From contig NC_081375.1 in the NCBI RefSeq assembly GCF_030684315.1, positions 12,685,581-12,749,580 of the forward strand: DNA of 64,000 nt, written 5' to 3'. A program made the position numbers and the translations under genes. Below, in pieces: positions 60,703 through 64,000 of the stretch. Origin of the DNA: Stegostoma tigrinum. Lineage: Eukaryota. The notes beneath the pieces are model-generated. The model did not search any database and was not told where the DNA came from. It was given only the letters and a program-made list of their open reading frames with translations. Within the stretch, counting starts at the first letter, position 1. The number at the start of each line of letters is the position of its first letter.

Positions 60703-62530
60703 TACATCTCTGCTCTTGTATTTTTGGAATGAATGCTAACATTGCATTTGCCTACCTAACTGCTACTTGAACCTGCTTGTTAACCATATTTAGCTGCCTA
60801 CTATGTGAAACCTTGTCAAAGCTTTTGTAAATCCAAATAGATTGCATCCATTGGCTCTCCATTGTCTAACTTGCTCATTGCCTCCTAAAAGAATTCTAAA
60901 AGCTTTGTCAGGCATGACCTCTCCTTGTCGAAGCCATGTTGACTCAACCTATTTTACTGTGCACTTCCAAATACTCCACAACTTTATCCTTAATAATCCA
61001 ACTCAACCCAATCCAACCCTATGTGGTGTGACTGCTTCCCAATGCAAAGAATCTGGGTCACTCTGCCCTCCCTCAATTGTCTCAGTATCAAGCTCCAGCT
61101 CATTAAATCTGAATTGAAGCTGCTTGAACTTCAGATGTTTGCTGCCGGACTGTTTGCTATGGACCAAACCAGCATCCAGGAACTCCCACATGCTGCAACT
61201 ATGATGCCTCACCTGTCCTGTCACCTTCAGTGGGTTATAAGGAGCAGCTTAATTATGATATTCAACTTTATCTTTTATTATGTTTCCTATATTTTTCAAT
61301 CTTACTACTAGTTGGTATACCATTATGAGCCTTAAGAATAGCATAAACCTAAATCACTTACCAATACTAATCAACTTCTTCTCATTTAACAGAATAAGAA
61401 TCAATCCCTGAAGGCTGAAAATCTTCAGGAAAAGGGAAAAGCAGAAATAACAAAACATATTTCTCCCTTCCTGCCTTTAACTGCCTACTCAGCCATTCAA
61501 CAAGATATGATTGTAGCCTTAAGCCCACTTCCCATACCTTTGATCCCCTTGTAGATCAAAAACTTGTCTAACTGAGCCTGGAATACATTCCAATAAATCA
61601 GATTCCCATGCTGTCTAGGGCAGTGATTCCAAAGGTTAATGACTCTCTTAACATAAACATTGCTCTTCATCTCAGTCTTAAATGGGAGGCACCTCATTTT
61701 GAAACAACGTACCCTCGTATTAGATTCCACACCAGGGGAAACATCATCTCAGCATTTAACCTGTCAAAATCCCTCATAATCTTACATGCTTCAAAAAGAT
61801 AATCTTTCACTTTTCTAAACTACAATGAATATACGCCCAACCTGCCAAACCTTTCCTCATAAAACAACAGCTTCATCCCAGGAATCAAGGCAGAGAATAT
61901 TCCCTGAACTGCTTCCAATGCAAGCATATTCCTCAACAAATAAGTGGACCGAAACAGTACTCAATAATCCAGGTGCAGTCTTATGTGTGTAGCAGAAATA
62001 AAACTTCCCTTCTTTCATGTTCTTTTCCCCCGAAATAAATACCAACATTCCATTTGTCTTTCTAGTTACCAGCTGTCCCTGCACACTGACTTTTTTGATT
62101 GAAGTAAAAGGATCTCTTGATTTCTCTGTATCGCAGAATTCTTCAGCCTATCTTCTTTTAGATAGTATTCTGTTTTTCTATTCTACCCGTACATCTTCCC
62201 ACATTATGTGTATAATAGTAATTTTTTTACCTGCTTAGTCAACCTGTTTCTATGTTCTTTTGTGGCCCTTTGCAACCTGCTCACAGCTAGCTTTCTGAGC
62301 AATGTCTGCAACATCAGCAAATTTGGCTACAATAATCCAGGTCCCTTCACCAGGTCATTAAAATATCGCTTGTAAATAGTTAAGCCCCTGACACTAGGGC
62401 TAGATGCACCATGCTAACTTCAGATTGCAAATCTGAAAATGTCCCATTTATCCTAACTCTCTGTTTCCCATTCATTGCCAACCCTCTAACAATGCTAATA
62501 TATTACCAGAAATACCTTGAGCCGTATCTC
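60703..62530 (-). mobile_element. Decayed CR1 pieces (ORF2 60703-61000, ORF1 61003-61230, 3' part 61480-62530)
   Basis: GQV...SCSMWE...LQFRFNELE (ORF1), and FKTEMKSNVYVKRVINLWN. Confidence 0.75.
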
Positions 62531-64000
62531 TAAGTAAATAAACGTTTTCTTAAAAACATTAATAAAGTACTTTTTACACACAACGCATTGATATTGCGAG
62601 TATCATAGAGCAGTAATTGTTAGTTACTTTGAAAATGGAAACATCAACCAAATATTTCACCCCTTGCGTTAACGAGACTGCCCTTTACTTTCATTTACTG
62701 CCTTGGTCAGTTAGAACAGCTTGACTCCTCTGATAATGTAATGAAGAGATTCTTCTGGAAATGGTTGCTATTTTGGACTGTCATTTCTTATGATTGTGGA
62801 ATTTTTCTCTTTATTGAACACTACCTTTGAAAAACAAATTTCACTCTTCCGAAGGGAACTCGTGTTTTGTTCCGAGGCAAGCACTGTAACTGTACATTTC
62901 TCTAACAGTGGATGAAAAAATGTCTAAATGCAAGTAATTAAAACATCAGTGGATAAGAAGAAAAGGATATAACGAGTAATGACAGGAACAGTTGCATTTG
63001 TTTTGAGATTATCTTGATGGTTAGAATCTGTCTTTAAGAAGACGGAAAGAAAAGCACTTTCAACTGCTAACAATATCAGACACAGGAGTGTGCTTTCTGG
63101 TTTTGCCTATCTTAGTAAACTGTGAACATCACAGAAGGCATGAAATCCAAAATGAGAGATGGGAATATGTGGAAAGCATGTTAATACCACTGCCTTCATG
63201 TCATTAAGCCATAACTTGCCACAAGATCAAACAACTACCTGAATGCTGAGAGAAATTAGCACAAGAGGTCCAAATATATCAACTTCACAGCCAGATATAA
63301 AAACATCCTCAGCTGTAGACAGGCGCCAACCTTTAGAACTTGCTCTGATGTGTTGTGTATCAAGAGAATGATCTAAAACATTTCTGAGGTATTTTCGGCA
63401 AGTCATCAACACGTAAACAAAATCTGCCCTTTCAGTTAAGTGCCATCAGACATTTCCAGTCACCATTTACTTTACTAAATCCCCCAGCATCAGAAATGAC
63501 AGTTTCCTCTCTAACAGTTCCAGTTCATTCATTGAAACTATATTGTTGAAGCTTTCATTTCCATTCTAAGTGCCACTTAAAGTGGAAATGGTGGATTGCT
63601 CAAATAGATGTATAAGGCACAACCTTACAGTGATTACTTTGTACCAGTTACGACAGCAGTTGGGCAATTTTGTCCAGGAATTAACTTAAAATCATCTTTC
63701 ATTGCACTGAGGTACATGTGGCAGATTCACAATTAATTTCACTCATGGAAATCTCATCATGGCCTAATTTTTCAAAAGAATTAGACTATTTATTTAATAA
63801 TCCTGAGTTCAGAAGATGACTAAGCTATATCATTCTGACATAACATTCTGCTGATTTGCTCAGATACATGTTTAGGTAGCAGCCTTCTTTAATTTAACAA
63901 TTATTCAAATTCTGTTGTGTCCCAGATACTATTTCACAGTAATTCAGGATTAGAGGGAAAAGGTGGGTCGACAGAAGTAAGATACAGATCAGCCATAATC

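Noticed and set aside
41600-64000. NOTUM exons
   Set aside because: They are expected from human synteny, but no NOTUM-like coding sequence or second CpG island is visible in the window.

Overview
This is AT-rich, repeat-dense vertebrate genomic DNA, most likely from a shark or other elasmobranch, judged by HE1-type V-SINEs, Deu-domain SINEs and shark-type CR1 and Penelope families. The only host gene I can support is ASPSCR1 (TUG/UBXD9) on the minus strand. Its CpG-island promoter lies at about 40.5-40.8 kb and coding exons 1-3 are at 40604-40515, 34950-34895 and 31642-31528. I could not find exon 4, so 1-31.5 kb appears to be a single intron 3 of more than 31 kb. The region above 40.8 kb is intergenic. 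Nearly all long ORFs in the track are LINE remnants (CR1, L2, RTE, Tx1), Penelope-like GIY-YIG remnants, or antisense shadows of these. Notable observations: (i) several Penelope-like element (PLE) families whose terminal repeats carry minimal hammerhead-ribozyme (HHR) cores; (ii) a young family of 110-220 bp, mostly fold-back PLE-end insertions with 9-15 bp target-site duplications (TSDs) and breakpoints clustering at the hammerhead; (iii) an array of about 12 CCAAT boxes upstream of the ASPSCR1 promoter; (iv) a SINE that appears to be the 5' and 3' ends of an ORF1-less LINE; (v) mosaic young CR1 copies; (vi) repeat-free blocks with TCF/LEF motifs that may be enhancers, since NOTUM is the divergent neighbour in human. 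Repeat boundaries were read by eye and are approximate unless a TSD is quoted.
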